Shown: positions 36,174 through 46,302 of the stretch, one piece after another
How positions within the stretch are numbered: position 1 is the stretch's first letter
Layout: the number at the start of each line of letters is the position of its first letter
IMG/VR virus record: IMGVR_UViG_3300033571_015173
Location: 23,815-87,814 of that record
Reading direction: 5' to 3' (one strand)
Source of the DNA: a virus
DNA length: 64,000 bases
The notes under the pieces: generated by a model
Seen by the model: only the letters and a program-made list of their open reading frames with translations
Database searches by the model: none
What the model was told of the DNA's origin: nothing
Translations under genes and position numbers: made by a program

Positions 36174-36662
36174 ATGGACAGAAAGATTCAAGTTGCAATT
36201 TGCAAACAAAGCAAGCGAAAAACACACGAACAGTACCTTGCAGTGAAATTTGATAGGGTTATTCCCTTCAAGGACTGGTGGAAGCTTGACCTAAAAACTA
36301 AGGTTGATTATCTCTCTTTTCTCTTTGCTTATAAAAGAGGGGTAATAGAAGATAGCTATCGCACCAACATTGACATTGGATATGATGTTATTGATTTCAG
36401 TGAGCTAGGGCTCGATGAAGCAATTGTAGAGGCGATGGTTACATTTCTAAGCTGTACTGGGAAGAAGCCTACCATCTTATTCGTGGGACGGGAAGATGCT
36501 GCAAGAATATGGCAAATCCAATCAGAACAGTTTGCCATGAAAGGTCAAATTCATCTTCTAATAAATGGCAGGCCAGAGCTATTCGGGATGGAGGTTCACG
36601 TTATTCCTTGGATGCAAGGGATATTTCCTTGTCATCCTGATATGTTAGATCGGAAATACTAA
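36174..36662 (+). CDS. hypothetical protein
   Basis: ORF track. Confidence 0.6.
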   Translation: MDRKIQVAICKQSKRKTHEQYLAVKFDRVIPFKDWWKLDLKTKVDYLSFLFAYKRGVIEDSYRTNIDIGYDVIDFSELGLDEAIVEAMVTFLSCTGKKPTILFVGREDAARIWQIQSEQFAMKGQIHLLINGRPELFGMEVHVIPWMQGIFPCHPDMLDRKY

Positions 36663-36762
36663 GAGGCTTGATTTCACTCCCGCATAACTAAAGAGGCCCG
36701 TCGTGGGGGTGTGGAGACAGGGTTGAATGCGGTTTGAATGTTGTCTTTTTCTGGATGTGATT

Positions 36763-37371
36763 ATGCCACTTTATCACGGTACTGTTCTTTCAAGATTGCC
36801 CTCCATACTTAAAGACGGGTTTCAGCCTACCTACCTGAACTATAATCATACTGTCTGGCATTCCTCCACTGACTTCTATGTGTGGAATTCTAAGCTGATA
36901 AGGAAGGAGGATATTGCAACTAACGCAGAAGAGGCGGCCCTGGAATTGGCTGCAGAGTCTGCTAGTTTTCATTTACCTAACTGTCCACTAATTAGAAGGA
37001 TCATTTTTGAGATTGAACTAACTAAGGAGCTCAGAAGAAAGATCAAACGGGATGAATCGGATCCCTGTATGCTTCGGACTGGAGCTATGGAGATCGATAC
37101 TGTAGTTCCAGCTTCGTGTATTAAGACAGCCTATGTTGATAAGGTGGACTTGCGCTTTTTTACAGCATACTATGCGCACTTGCTCGCCAGTAGAAAGAAT
37201 ACTCGTGTGGATTTCGGATTTCCAGATTCAGAGATGATTGATGCTATGAGGGATGCTTTTCCTGAAGTCCACTGGTTTGAAGATTTCTACTGGAATGATT
37301 GGGATTTAGAGGGGCTGCAAATTTTATCGAGAAGAGTAGAAGTAGCATTAACAGCATTAGAAAGGATCTAA
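36763..37371 (+). CDS. ADP-ribosyltransferase-fold protein (LYHGT family)
   Basis: MPLYHGT...LPSILKDGF start and V.ASCI late strand. Confidence 0.5.
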   Translation: MPLYHGTVLSRLPSILKDGFQPTYLNYNHTVWHSSTDFYVWNSKLIRKEDIATNAEEAALELAAESASFHLPNCPLIRRIIFEIELTKELRRKIKRDESDPCMLRTGAMEIDTVVPASCIKTAYVDKVDLRFFTAYYAHLLASRKNTRVDFGFPDSEMIDAMRDAFPEVHWFEDFYWNDWDLEGLQILSRRVEVALTALERI

Positions 37372-37374
37372 ACA

Positions 37375-37527
37375 ATGAACAATTTCAGCTGGTTTCTAAC
37401 ATTACTTGCGGGCTCTTTTGTTGGCATTTATGTAAAGACGGTCTTTCCTCTCGAACTTCAAGTGCAAAGTCCGGTAGCGGTTGTTGTTATTGGATTCTTT
37501 GTTTGGATTACCTGGTTGCTGCGATGA
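37375..37527 (+). CDS. small two-TM membrane protein (50 aa; not in ORF track)
   Basis: MNNFSWFLTLLAGSFVGIYVKTVFPLELQVQSPVAVVVIGFFVWITWLLR; ATGA-coupled to 37524. Confidence 0.55.
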   Translation: MNNFSWFLTLLAGSFVGIYVKTVFPLELQVQSPVAVVVIGFFVWITWLLR

Positions 37528-37979
37528 GCGAAGTAGAAAGAGGGGCACTAGAAATAGCGAAAGCTTTTTCGGGTAGTATTGTGTTTGACAAGAAGGAGGG
37601 GATGGATACAGCTCTGGCCTTACTAGAGGAGCTGATCATGAACTTCAATCAACCTCCAGAAGCCTCAGTTAAAAGAGGTCGGAAAACTAAAGATGTTATT
37701 GCGGAATGGAGAAGCTTTTCAGCTGAGTTTGTAGAGTCTGGTGGCTTTGTAGAGGATTTGACTTTGAAGGCTATCTGGGTCGCTAGATATTGGAATCATA
37801 AGTGGATTGGAATCTACCTGGTTGGAGGAATTACTATCCTCGCTAACCAATATTCTCTGCATCTTCTTCCAGTTGCTAGCACAGCATTACAAAGTAAAAC
37901 CCCGGTTGTTATTTCTTTGAATAATGCAATGTTCAGAAGTCTTGTTCTGACTAGATACAATCCAAAATGGAAGGACTAA
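37524..37979 (+). CDS. hypothetical protein
   Basis: likely true start MSEVER. Confidence 0.55.
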   Translation: MSEVERGALEIAKAFSGSIVFDKKEGMDTALALLEELIMNFNQPPEASVKRGRKTKDVIAEWRSFSAEFVESGGFVEDLTLKAIWVARYWNHKWIGIYLVGGITILANQYSLHLLPVASTALQSKTPVVISLNNAMFRSLVLTRYNPKWKD

Positions 37980-37980
37980 C

Positions 37981-38391
37981 ATGGGTAAGAATACTGGATA
38001 CAACCGTCATCAAACAGTTCAGAACTTGACCTTGGATTTGATTGCAAGATGCAAGGCTTTTCACTGGTCTAGTAAGAGGCTCAACTCCGAGTGGAACAAT
38101 CTTAGAGGGGGTGAGCTATTCTCAAAGATGACTGGCTATTATCGATGGCACATCACAGGCTTTTATGAGGCCGCTAGAAAATTTGGTATTGATCCTCTCA
38201 TTGCCTGGGGCCATTGGATTGATGGCGTATTTGTTGAGAAGGGGACAACAGAACAGACGGTGAGAATCATTAAGGAAGGGATCCCCTGTGTTGCAGTCTG
38301 GAGGGATGATCCTACCAAACCCTGGTGGCCGACTGATGAAGAGACTAAGCAAATGATTGCTGATACACTTTATGGAGATAAGAAATTATGA
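37981..38391 (+). CDS. hypothetical protein
   Basis: ORF track. Confidence 0.6.
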   Translation: MGKNTGYNRHQTVQNLTLDLIARCKAFHWSSKRLNSEWNNLRGGELFSKMTGYYRWHITGFYEAARKFGIDPLIAWGHWIDGVFVEKGTTEQTVRIIKEGIPCVAVWRDDPTKPWWPTDEETKQMIADTLYGDKKL

Positions 38392-38744
38392 GAAGTTTCA
38401 TTCTAGCATTAGCGATTGCTCTAGGATTTGCAGCTCCATCTTTAGCTGAATTTCGATTCGTTCAAGAGCTCCCAGACGGAGCAAGCGTGTATTATGATGA
38501 CGAGAATATTGAGTATAGCCGACAAAAGAGCATGGTAAGTTTCTCACTTGTAAGAGTGGACATGAAAGATATTGGGATTGTTCGAGTGGAGGCTCTTTGC
38601 AATACGAATAAAGCCAGAATTCTAGCAATACTCCATTACGATCCAATAACCGAAAAGTTTGATCCAGTTGGTGGTGCAACTAGATATTTTGTCCCAATTT
38701 CAAAAACTCCAATCGATAAAGTTCGTCGTCTTCTTTGCAAGTAA
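38388..38744 (+). CDS. secreted protein, surface-adhesin-E-like
   Basis: signal peptide MRSFILALAIALGFAAPSLA; YYD..I, C...R, terminal Cys. Confidence 0.5.
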   Translation: MRSFILALAIALGFAAPSLAEFRFVQELPDGASVYYDDENIEYSRQKSMVSFSLVRVDMKDIGIVRVEALCNTNKARILAILHYDPITEKFDPVGGATRYFVPISKTPIDKVRRLLCK

Positions 38745-39265
38745 TGGGCAAAAAAAGAAAAGAACCTGAAGTAACAAAGTTTTCACTCCCTAATGGGGAG
38801 ACTGTGCGAGGTGGTGACGCAGTAGATGTGCTATTTACTAAGTCGGTTTATATTGCAGCATCTACTGCTGATCCACCTGCATTTTCAAGCGATAAGATTA
38901 AGGTGGTGCAAGCCTGGATTATGGGCTATTATGTTTTCGACTTCTATTATTTCACTCCAATGGGTGAGCAGAAGATTAAGAACCTGCCCGAACATCTAAA
39001 GAATCAATTCCATAATCCAGCGTTGATCCCCCTCTATAGGAAGTGGAAAACACGACTCATGCCAGAGGGTCGCAATCTTTATGATTCTAGACCTATCGCT
39101 TTTAAGAAAGAAGAGGTTAGGAAGCATCGCAAGGATGGTGATGCTATTACCTTTGAGGACTTCTATCTAGTTAGTCATGGTCAGGCTGATATTAAGTTTG
39201 CTGGCTATGAATCAAAAACTGAGGACTGGGACAAACATTCGTACTATGAGGAGAGATCACGATGA
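38735..39265 (+). CDS. hypothetical protein
   Basis: ORF track. Confidence 0.55.
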   Translation: MQVMGKKRKEPEVTKFSLPNGETVRGGDAVDVLFTKSVYIAASTADPPAFSSDKIKVVQAWIMGYYVFDFYYFTPMGEQKIKNLPEHLKNQFHNPALIPLYRKWKTRLMPEGRNLYDSRPIAFKKEEVRKHRKDGDAITFEDFYLVSHGQADIKFAGYESKTEDWDKHSYYEERSR

Positions 39266-40176
39266 GTATTGAGGGCAACATGATAACGGCAAGGTTCCTT
39301 CCTCTTGCAGATTCTGAACCAATTGCAATCACAAGAGCAATCCTGCAAGAGAAGTATCTTCCTAGAGTTGGCACTTACTTAGAGTTTGATTGTTGGGATC
39401 TTAATTTAGCAACCTCCATTCAACCAAGATGCTGGTATCTGAATTTTGACAATGTGGATCTCATGTATCTGTATGAGCTCATTGTCATGAATGATAGCTG
39501 GGAAGATTATTTGATCTCTTACTATCATCCAGGATCTTTCTCAAAGAGAGGCTATCTTGAACTCAGGGACAAATTTAATAGCTCTCCGAGCTACACTCAT
39601 CATGCGTCTGGGCAGGGAAAGAAGATAAGTGAAATGAGAGATAGGAGTGCAATGTTTTACTATTTGGCAAGACTTTGCTATCAGCATCGTCCCAGATACA
39701 GTCGAAAGAAAGAGTTCAATGCTGCCTACCGATCAATGACTTCTCCTCTTCCATCTGAACTTCAAGATTGTATCCCCTCAATTCAAGCGTTCCGCAAGTG
39801 GTTTGATCCAGCTATGGAGAGAGTTCTTTTTAGCAAGTATGACTTTGATAGCTTTCTTTCTGCTTATCATCAGGCTGACAGTCAGCGATTATCGTCACTG
39901 TGGGGTGGAAAACCAGGTAAAGGAGATGTCGTCAAAATTAAAGTTTCCCCCTTTGAAATGCAATTCATAAGGAAGAAGCTCGATCCGTTGATTAAGGATG
40001 GTGCAACTATTGTTCTTACGACTTCAATAACGAATGGTAGTAATGATTATCCAACCTATCAGCAAGCGCTGTCTCTTTTGGAGAAGGAAGGGGACTCAAT
40101 AAAGGTTGAGTGCTTTCAAATGAGAAAGAAATACACGTTGTTAGCAGTCTACAATCCATGTACGGAACCATCCTGA
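39262..40176 (+). CDS. degenerate Dam/D12-class adenine-methyltransferase-like protein lacking DPPY
   Basis: LNFDNVDLMYLYELI, YLELRDKFN and RSAMFYYLARLCY follow Dam motif order; catalytic motifs eroded. Confidence 0.45.
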   Translation: MSIEGNMITARFLPLADSEPIAITRAILQEKYLPRVGTYLEFDCWDLNLATSIQPRCWYLNFDNVDLMYLYELIVMNDSWEDYLISYYHPGSFSKRGYLELRDKFNSSPSYTHHASGQGKKISEMRDRSAMFYYLARLCYQHRPRYSRKKEFNAAYRSMTSPLPSELQDCIPSIQAFRKWFDPAMERVLFSKYDFDSFLSAYHQADSQRLSSLWGGKPGKGDVVKIKVSPFEMQFIRKKLDPLIKDGATIVLTTSITNGSNDYPTYQQALSLLEKEGDSIKVECFQMRKKYTLLAVYNPCTEPS

Positions 40177-40526
40177 AAATTGTTCAGCCTGTAATTATCG
40201 CTCTTTTAATTGAAGTAGCTACTAATTGCAGGCTTGATTTTGATATTGAGGTCAAAATAGATGTTCGATTTACCAATGTCAAGGATACTTAGTAAAGATC
40301 TGAAGGTGTGGCTTCTTTCCCAGTGGGTAGGAACAGATACTCGACTTACGGAAAGAGCTGTCTATTGTGGAGCAGAAACCATTATAGATATGCTTGCCGA
40401 AGCTTCTTCTCACCACTCGGGGCAGTATCCAGGATTGATAGATTTCATATCCGTGGATCAAGCAAGGGCTAACATCTTAGCAATACTGGAAGCTCAACGG
40501 AAAAGGAACTTGAACGAGGTTGAATA

Positions 40527-41576
40527 ATGAGGCGAGATCTTCTTGACGCTAAAAAGAAAGAGCAACTTTCACTGTTAAGGACTTACAGTCTTGACAGAAT
40601 AGTTCAATTAAGGAATCTATTCTTTACTGATCTGCAAATCTTTGCTGACATGCCAAGAAGTGAAGAAGAACTGAGATCCTATGAGCACAGGTTGCACTCT
40701 AGAACCCTGCTCAACCTCCTAAGCTTTGAAGACTTCGACAACGAATACCAAAGGAGATTATCAGTGAATCCTAAAACTGAAGAATTGCATGATGAAATTG
40801 CCACTCTAATGAATCTCGATCAAACTATGGAGGTTCATGTAGTGTCAGCAGTATCCAATCCTCAACAAATTGGATATATAGCGATGCATCAAGACTACTC
40901 TAGCCGTTGTGTTATGAGTAGTAATGAAGAGTTACCCTCTGAAGCCAAGTGTGGTAAAATCCTAGTTGATAAGTTATTGAAGCAGCATCACTACGGTCCC
41001 TTTGAACATGCACAGATTGTGTTCAATGTGGGTTATGCCCCGCATGATACTGTTATGCAGCTAAGGACTCACCGTACAGGAATTTCATTCGATATCCAGA
41101 GTTTTCGCTATACAAGTAAGGCATTCCTAGATTTAGCAGCGATGGAGCTGATTACTGCTAGCGATGGTTCCTACGATTCAAACCTGGTTCGACAAGTGAA
41201 TAAAGTCTTCTATATTCCTCCTGTAGGGACATACACCAACAGACAAGGCACTCTTTATACCATCACTCCTGAGGATCGGTTTGAGATCGCTGCTGACTGC
41301 TATCGATCAGCACAGCGATATGCTCATTATATTGAGAAGGGCTTTTCAGAAGAGGCAGCTCGCCGAGTTATTGCAATGGGAGCAAGGCAGAGTTTTGTAG
41401 TTTCTCTGAATATGAGAACTCTCATGCATCTTGTGTGTATGAGGACTGCGAAGGATGTGCAGTTAGAAGCTCGGATGGTTCTCGCTCATTTCACAAGCCA
41501 TGCCCTTGATTGGGCTCCTGATGTCTTTGAATATGTCGTTGAAAAGATGTACGGTAAGTCCATCCTTGCACCTTAG
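40527..41576 (+). CDS. thyX: flavin-dependent thymidylate synthase (N-terminal extension, or true start near 40809)
   Basis: HYGPFEH, QLRTHR..ISFDIQSFRY, EEAARRV, NMRTLMH and QLEAR motifs. Confidence 0.9.
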   Translation: MRRDLLDAKKKEQLSLLRTYSLDRIVQLRNLFFTDLQIFADMPRSEEELRSYEHRLHSRTLLNLLSFEDFDNEYQRRLSVNPKTEELHDEIATLMNLDQTMEVHVVSAVSNPQQIGYIAMHQDYSSRCVMSSNEELPSEAKCGKILVDKLLKQHHYGPFEHAQIVFNVGYAPHDTVMQLRTHRTGISFDIQSFRYTSKAFLDLAAMELITASDGSYDSNLVRQVNKVFYIPPVGTYTNRQGTLYTITPEDRFEIAADCYRSAQRYAHYIEKGFSEEAARRVIAMGARQSFVVSLNMRTLMHLVCMRTAKDVQLEARMVLAHFTSHALDWAPDVFEYVVEKMYGKSILAP

Positions 41577-41585
41577 GAGGTAATC

Positions 41586-41669
41586 ATGGTTAGCCCTTTT
41601 ATTGCTTGTGTGATGCTAATTCTCTCTTTTGTTTGCATAGTAGTTTTGGTGTGGTTAGAAGGAGAGTAA
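41586..41669 (+). CDS. 27-aa single-TM micropeptide A
   Basis: MVSPFIACVMLILSFVCIVVLVWLEGE; SD AGGAGG. Confidence 0.5.
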   Translation: MVSPFIACVMLILSFVCIVVLVWLEGE

Positions 41670-41671
41670 TT

Positions 41672-41755
41672 GTGGCTAGTCCTTTTATTGGTTTACTCCT
41701 GGTGATATTCTGCCTCATCTGCCTACTGATCATCCTAGTAAATGATGACTTCTAG
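41672..41755 (+). CDS. 27-aa single-TM micropeptide B (paralog of A)
   Basis: MASPFIGLLLVIFCLICLLIILVNDDF; SD AGGAG; GTG start. Confidence 0.5.
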   Translation: MASPFIGLLLVIFCLICLLIILVNDDF

Positions 41756-42432
41756 AGTCGGGAGATAATTCATGATGTATGTTGTCTACAAGAATGACAA
41801 TGGGAATACTCACTGGCACTTCTTTTGTTTTAAGGGGGAGGTTTTATCCTTACCCCCGAAGAACGAAAGATTCCATTACGATATTCGAGCATTCTCCAGT
41901 AATGAGGTTGCACATAGAGAGGCTTGGAGTTTTTACAATATCTTTAAGAAGCTCTATGAACATCCTCAGATGGTTCCTCTGAAGTACATCAAGATCAGAT
42001 ATTGGAGGAAAGATGGTTCTGTATGAAATTCGAGGAGTTGGAGAAAGACATTTTGCTTATCGCCGTGGAAGTTTGTCAAAGCTAAAAGACCAGGGCTTTT
42101 CCTTCGATATGGACAAAGCTAAAAAGCTCATGCCTAAAGGGGAAGAACTTTATGCCACTCTGGGACCAGATAAATTCATTCTAGTGAGGATTCAATAATG
42201 AAGCTCACTAGGGTTAGAGGTGGAGATCTGGTAACGATTTTGGTAGGTGGACAGCGAGTTACTGTTCCTGCATACCTTAAGTCTAAAGTTAAAGGTTGCT
42301 GGATTTTAAGAGGAAGTAAGGGAGATAGTAGAGCTTACTTTGCTACCCCTGAGAATGTTGTTGATATTAAGTATATCCGCAGATAATCAAAAGGCTCCTA
42401 TAGTAGGAGCCTTGATTCTTTGAGGTCAAACA

Positions 42433-42666
42433 ATGAGCTATATCACGCTAAAGAGAGATGCTTTCACCAGAGAAGACTCTATTCGATGCATTGAAGAATT
42501 TCATGAACATCGTCAAGAAGGTGGGTGTGCTGAATGCAATAGTTTCCGTAGAAACAAAAAGCTATTTCGATATGGATATGAGCTGCACTCAGGTCGTAGC
42601 TACTGGGATTCAAAAGCGTTTTGCTCTATTGATTGCCAACGAGCTTATTATCGTGTTCGGTCTTAG
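42433..42666 (+). CDS. small Cys4 zinc-binding protein
   Basis: CAEC...FCSIDC. Confidence 0.5.
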   Translation: MSYITLKRDAFTREDSIRCIEEFHEHRQEGGCAECNSFRRNKKLFRYGYELHSGRSYWDSKAFCSIDCQRAYYRVRS

Positions 42667-43454
42667 AACCCATAAGGTTCTAATTGCTTGCCCCATCTTT
42701 CTTTAATTCTTGGATCGATGGTAGCAAGTTGCTGGGCTAATACTTGCTTAATCTCCTCCTCTTTGCCAGCCTGGTACTGGGCTATTGGCTGGTCATGATA
42801 CTGAGTTAGTTGTCGTATTGATGCTGGATGAGCTATCCCTTCTCCAATATCTCCGACATAAAGACCAACAAAGTCACCCTCTCGTTGTGGCTTTGGACTG
42901 GTTCTGGTCCAGAATATTCCTTCTTGTGGACCTGCCATTCCTGGTGCTCTTGCAAGCTGCTTAGACATTCTTGCGTAGAATACATCAGGGTCCATTGCTG
43001 CAACTTGAGGATCATTAAAGTATTCTCTAGGTGTTACACGCTTACTCATATCGAAAGCATGTACCCCACCTGGAGTCATATAGACTCTGAACTTAGATTC
43101 TGGATTTTCCAGTGTATGCTGGAGTAGTCTTTGAGTTGCATCACCAGCATCTTTGATAGTAATTGATTCTCCTGGATGTATAACATCAGGCCAATCAAAA
43201 TCCACCATCGGAAGATGAGTATTGCCAACAAACTTGAGATCCCCTTTTCTGTGTTCTATTTTTTCAAGAACACCTGGCTCTAGAAATTTTGTTGTTGAAA
43301 TAGGCTCTCCAAAATCATCAACCAACTCTATCTTGGATGGAGCTATTGAGGTGATAATTTCTTTTGGACTACGCTTTCTTGCCTTTGCTATTTCTAGCAA
43401 GGATGCAGTTAGTTCATCTGCATTTTTTGGTGGTTTAATAGCTCCAAATAGCAT
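42663..43454 (-). CDS. hypothetical protein with AEP (primase-polymerase)-like motifs
   Basis: MVDFD, VYMTPGGVHAF, DVFY and RTSPK. Confidence 0.45.
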   Translation of the reverse strand: MLFGAIKPPKNADELTASLLEIAKARKRSPKEIITSIAPSKIELVDDFGEPISTTKFLEPGVLEKIEHRKGDLKFVGNTHLPMVDFDWPDVIHPGESITIKDAGDATQRLLQHTLENPESKFRVYMTPGGVHAFDMSKRVTPREYFNDPQVAAMDPDVFYARMSKQLARAPGMAGPQEGIFWTRTSPKPQREGDFVGLYVGDIGEGIAHPASIRQLTQYHDQPIAQYQAGKEEEIKQVLAQQLATIDPRIKERWGKQLEPYGF

Positions 43455-43457
43455 GGC

Positions 43458-43892
43458 TTAATACCCCGTAGATCCAAACCCTTTATCTCCCCTGTGACTA
43501 TCATTCAAAGCCCATACTTCTGCGACAACTACACTAATGATGGGTTTGATAACCATTTGCGCAATCTTCATGCCGACGGTTACTTCAAAAGAAGCAATTC
43601 CATGATTGATTAGAATTACTCCAATTTCACCCCTATATCCTTGATCTATGGTGCCAGGAGTATTCAATACAGTGACTGAATGCTTCAAAGCTAAACCGCT
43701 TCTAGGTCTGATTTGAGCTTCGGTATTCAGTGGCAATTCAATTGAAATTCCAGTCTTGATTAGCGCTGTCTCACCTGGGTTAATCACCCTGTTCTCGACG
43801 GAAAAGAGATCCAACCCCGCATCACCGGCATGAGCAAAGGAAGGAATGGTGGCTTTACAATTCAGCTTCAGAACCTTCAATTCGTGTCGCAT
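43458..43892 (-). CDS. dut: trimeric dUTPase
   Basis: [28 protein letters not shown] and [10 protein letters not shown] motifs. Confidence 0.95.
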   Translation of the reverse strand: MRHELKVLKLNCKATIPSFAHAGDAGLDLFSVENRVINPGETALIKTGISIELPLNTEAQIRPRSGLALKHSVTVLNTPGTIDQGYRGEIGVILINHGIASFEVTVGMKIAQMVIKPIISVVVAEVWALNDSHRGDKGFGSTGY

Positions 43893-44751
43893 ATCTTTCC
43901 AGGATTTCTTGCTCTTTTAGTCTACCTTCATTCAGTCTTTCTTGTCTCTTCTGCTTGAATTCTCTTTGCCTTCTTTTGAATCCCCATGCTCTTTCTAGCT
44001 GATCCTTTTCTTCTGGGAAGAGTTTTGCAAATTGTTCTGCATGTCTTTCAAAAGTTCGAGACTTTCTGTCGAGCTTTGAAGTGATTTGATCGGGGGACCA
44101 TGACACTCTATAATAAACAGAATACTCTGGAATTAATTCATAGATGTAAGAATTTTCACTTTTATCCTCCCAGATGCAATCTAAAGCTCTATCTAGAAGG
44201 TGATATTCAGCCGGAGATCCTACTCCCTTCCACAGTTCACCACCACTATTTGCTATTACTCGCTCAAGAAAATCCTTTCTCCATACAGCGCATCCTGTTT
44301 GGAAATGATAGTTGAGATAGTAAGTTGAAAGCTGAAAAGGAATTGCAATAGGAATATCATTCCATGCAGGAGTCTCCCAGTATGATTCCCACCTCCTATG
44401 AATTTTATGAGAAAAGACAACCCCCACTCTTGAGTTGTCTTCCATGATTTTGATAATTCGTTTCAGGATGGGTGGAATAACTACATCATCTGCATCAAAA
44501 AATAGGATGTACTTTCCCTTTGATTCTTCATACAGAAAATCTCTTATTTCTGCAAGGTCTTTTAGTGGGGGTTCTTCCTTATAGAACTTGATATTTGAAA
44601 AACTGTCTGAAATTACATCTTGATCTTCTTTTCTCATTTTATTGAGATACACAAGAATTTCTTTTGTTGCTTTAATTGCATGAACAGAACTTAAGCATTC
44701 AGCTAGAAAGCTTGCGTCTGAACATGGAATTAAAACACTAAGTTCGATCAT
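43855..44751 (-). CDS. glycosyltransferase family 2
   Basis: LSVLIP...FLAECLSSV and [11 protein letters not shown]. Confidence 0.85.
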   Translation of the reverse strand: MIELSVLIPCSDASFLAECLSSVHAIKATKEILVYLNKMRKEDQDVISDSFSNIKFYKEEPPLKDLAEIRDFLYEESKGKYILFFDADDVVIPPILKRIIKIMEDNSRVGVVFSHKIHRRWESYWETPAWNDIPIAIPFQLSTYYLNYHFQTGCAVWRKDFLERVIANSGGELWKGVGSPAEYHLLDRALDCIWEDKSENSYIYELIPEYSVYYRVSWSPDQITSKLDRKSRTFERHAEQFAKLFPEEKDQLERAWGFKRRQREFKQKRQERLNEGRLKEQEILERYATRIEGSEAEL

Positions 44752-44947
44752 ACTTCTTGGACAGTAATGGACACTGAATAAGCCAGCCTGAAAGAATTAC
44801 TAGAGCAATCAACAAGAGAATAGTGTTTAACCAGGGTTCAAATCGATTGACCACAATTCCATAGATTTGATCAATTATGCCCCAACCAAAGAAGGGAAGA
44901 CCAAATAGCCAGGTTGTAAATTGTACTCTAAAGATCAAGTCATTCAT
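44738..44947 (-). CDS. small two-TM membrane protein
   Basis: hydrophobic ORF, ATGA-coupled. Confidence 0.5.
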   Translation of the reverse strand: MNDLIFRVQFTTWLFGLPFFGWGIIDQIYGIVVNRFEPWLNTILLLIALVILSGWLIQCPLLSKKYDRT

Positions 44948-45477
44948 GCTGGGAATCTGGTAATTACGTCATCAATCAATCCATAGTGCATTGCCTCTTT
45001 TGCACTCATAAAGAAATCTTTTTCCGTATCAACTTCAATCTTTTGAAGAGGCTGGCTTGTGTGGTAAGCAAGAATCTTATTAAGATTTTCTTTGTGATAA
45101 TTAATTTCTTCTCTTTGGATTGTCAGATCTTTCTGACTTGATGCTGTTCCTCCAATTGGTTGATGGATCATTATTCTGGAATTAGGTAAAGAGTATCTTT
45201 TCCCTTGAGTCCCGGCAGCTAGAAGTAAGGCTGCCATACTGGTAGCAAGACCTACGCACACTGTTATAATATCAGATTCAACCCCTTGCATAGTATCGTA
45301 GATTCCCATTCCTGCGCTAATAGAGCCTCCAGGTGAGTTAATCAAGAGACGAATATCTGACTTGCTACTCCCATCAAGAACAAGCAATTGAGAGATGATA
45401 GAATATGCTAGATCATCTCCAATGCTTGAAGTAAGAAAGATAATACGCTCTTCAAGTAAGCAGTAGCCTAAGTCCAT
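44944..45477 (-). CDS. clpP: ClpP protease subunit
   Basis: ERIIFL, INSPGGS, GLATSMA (Ser), MIHQP (His), KDFFMSA (Asp) and YGLID. Confidence 0.93.
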   Translation of the reverse strand: MDLGYCLLEERIIFLTSSIGDDLAYSIISQLLVLDGSSKSDIRLLINSPGGSISAGMGIYDTMQGVESDIITVCVGLATSMAALLLAAGTQGKRYSLPNSRIMIHQPIGGTASSQKDLTIQREEINYHKENLNKILAYHTSQPLQKIEVDTEKDFFMSAKEAMHYGLIDDVITRFPA

Positions 45478-45485
45478 AGTATTAG

Positions 45486-46301
45486 TTAGAAAAACATTTC
45501 ACTTTCCATTCCAGCATACAGATCCTGTAGAAAAGGATCTCCATACTCAGGTAGATCTGACGGATAAATAAAGGGATCTCCCCTATAGAGAACTACTGCC
45601 CAGATATGTTTGCACCACTGACCTGGATCTGTACCTGCATTGCTTCCTGTCCAGTTACGACTATAATTCTCGTTTCTCGTAGAGTAGATTTTATAAAGCT
45701 CATCGCTTCCACTAAAGCCACTAAAAACTACCTGAGGAACTAAAGCAACTCCTTTACTATACCTATAATAACTTGACTTATAGGATTTGATAGAGCTCGC
45801 AGGGAAGGTTCTAGGTGTCCCATATTGTCCACTAAAATCCTGCTTTGGAATTACAGAGCTTATACTTGGATTTGCAGCAACTTGCTTTGAGTAGTCTGCG
45901 CAATTACAAGAGTATGTAATCGTTGCATTAAGAACTCTAATTTTTCTATAGTCTTGTAGTGGGAGTTCTTTGCTTGATCCTAGAGCTGCTTGAGAGAAGT
46001 TGCCAATATCAAATGATATTGCTGAAGTTAGAGAACTATCTTGCGACGAATATAGATCCTCTCCCTGGTCAGATCCATATCCCTCACTTCGAGTTATGGT
46101 ATACCACTGCAATGATTTAGCTGCATCTTTCTTCTTCCTGGGCTTGATAAAGAAAGACCAGCGACGAGTTCCCCTTCGATAGCGATCTTTAACTCGGATA
46201 GGGGAGTTACCAGTAGTTTTGTAATCTGGATCTTGTCCACCAAAAAAAGCATTATCACTGTCTAATGCTCCTCGGTTCCAATTCTTTTTCTTGCGTCCCA
46301 T
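45486..46301 (-). CDS. SWIM zinc-finger-like protein
   Basis: SCNCAD...WCKHIWAV with a long insertion. Confidence 0.55.
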   Translation of the reverse strand: MGRKKKNWNRGALDSDNAFFGGQDPDYKTTGNSPIRVKDRYRRGTRRWSFFIKPRKKKDAAKSLQWYTITRSEGYGSDQGEDLYSSQDSSLTSAISFDIGNFSQAALGSSKELPLQDYRKIRVLNATITYSCNCADYSKQVAANPSISSVIPKQDFSGQYGTPRTFPASSIKSYKSSYYRYSKGVALVPQVVFSGFSGSDELYKIYSTRNENYSRNWTGSNAGTDPGQWCKHIWAVVLYRGDPFIYPSDLPEYGDPFLQDLYAGMESEMFF

Positions 46302-46302
46302 A

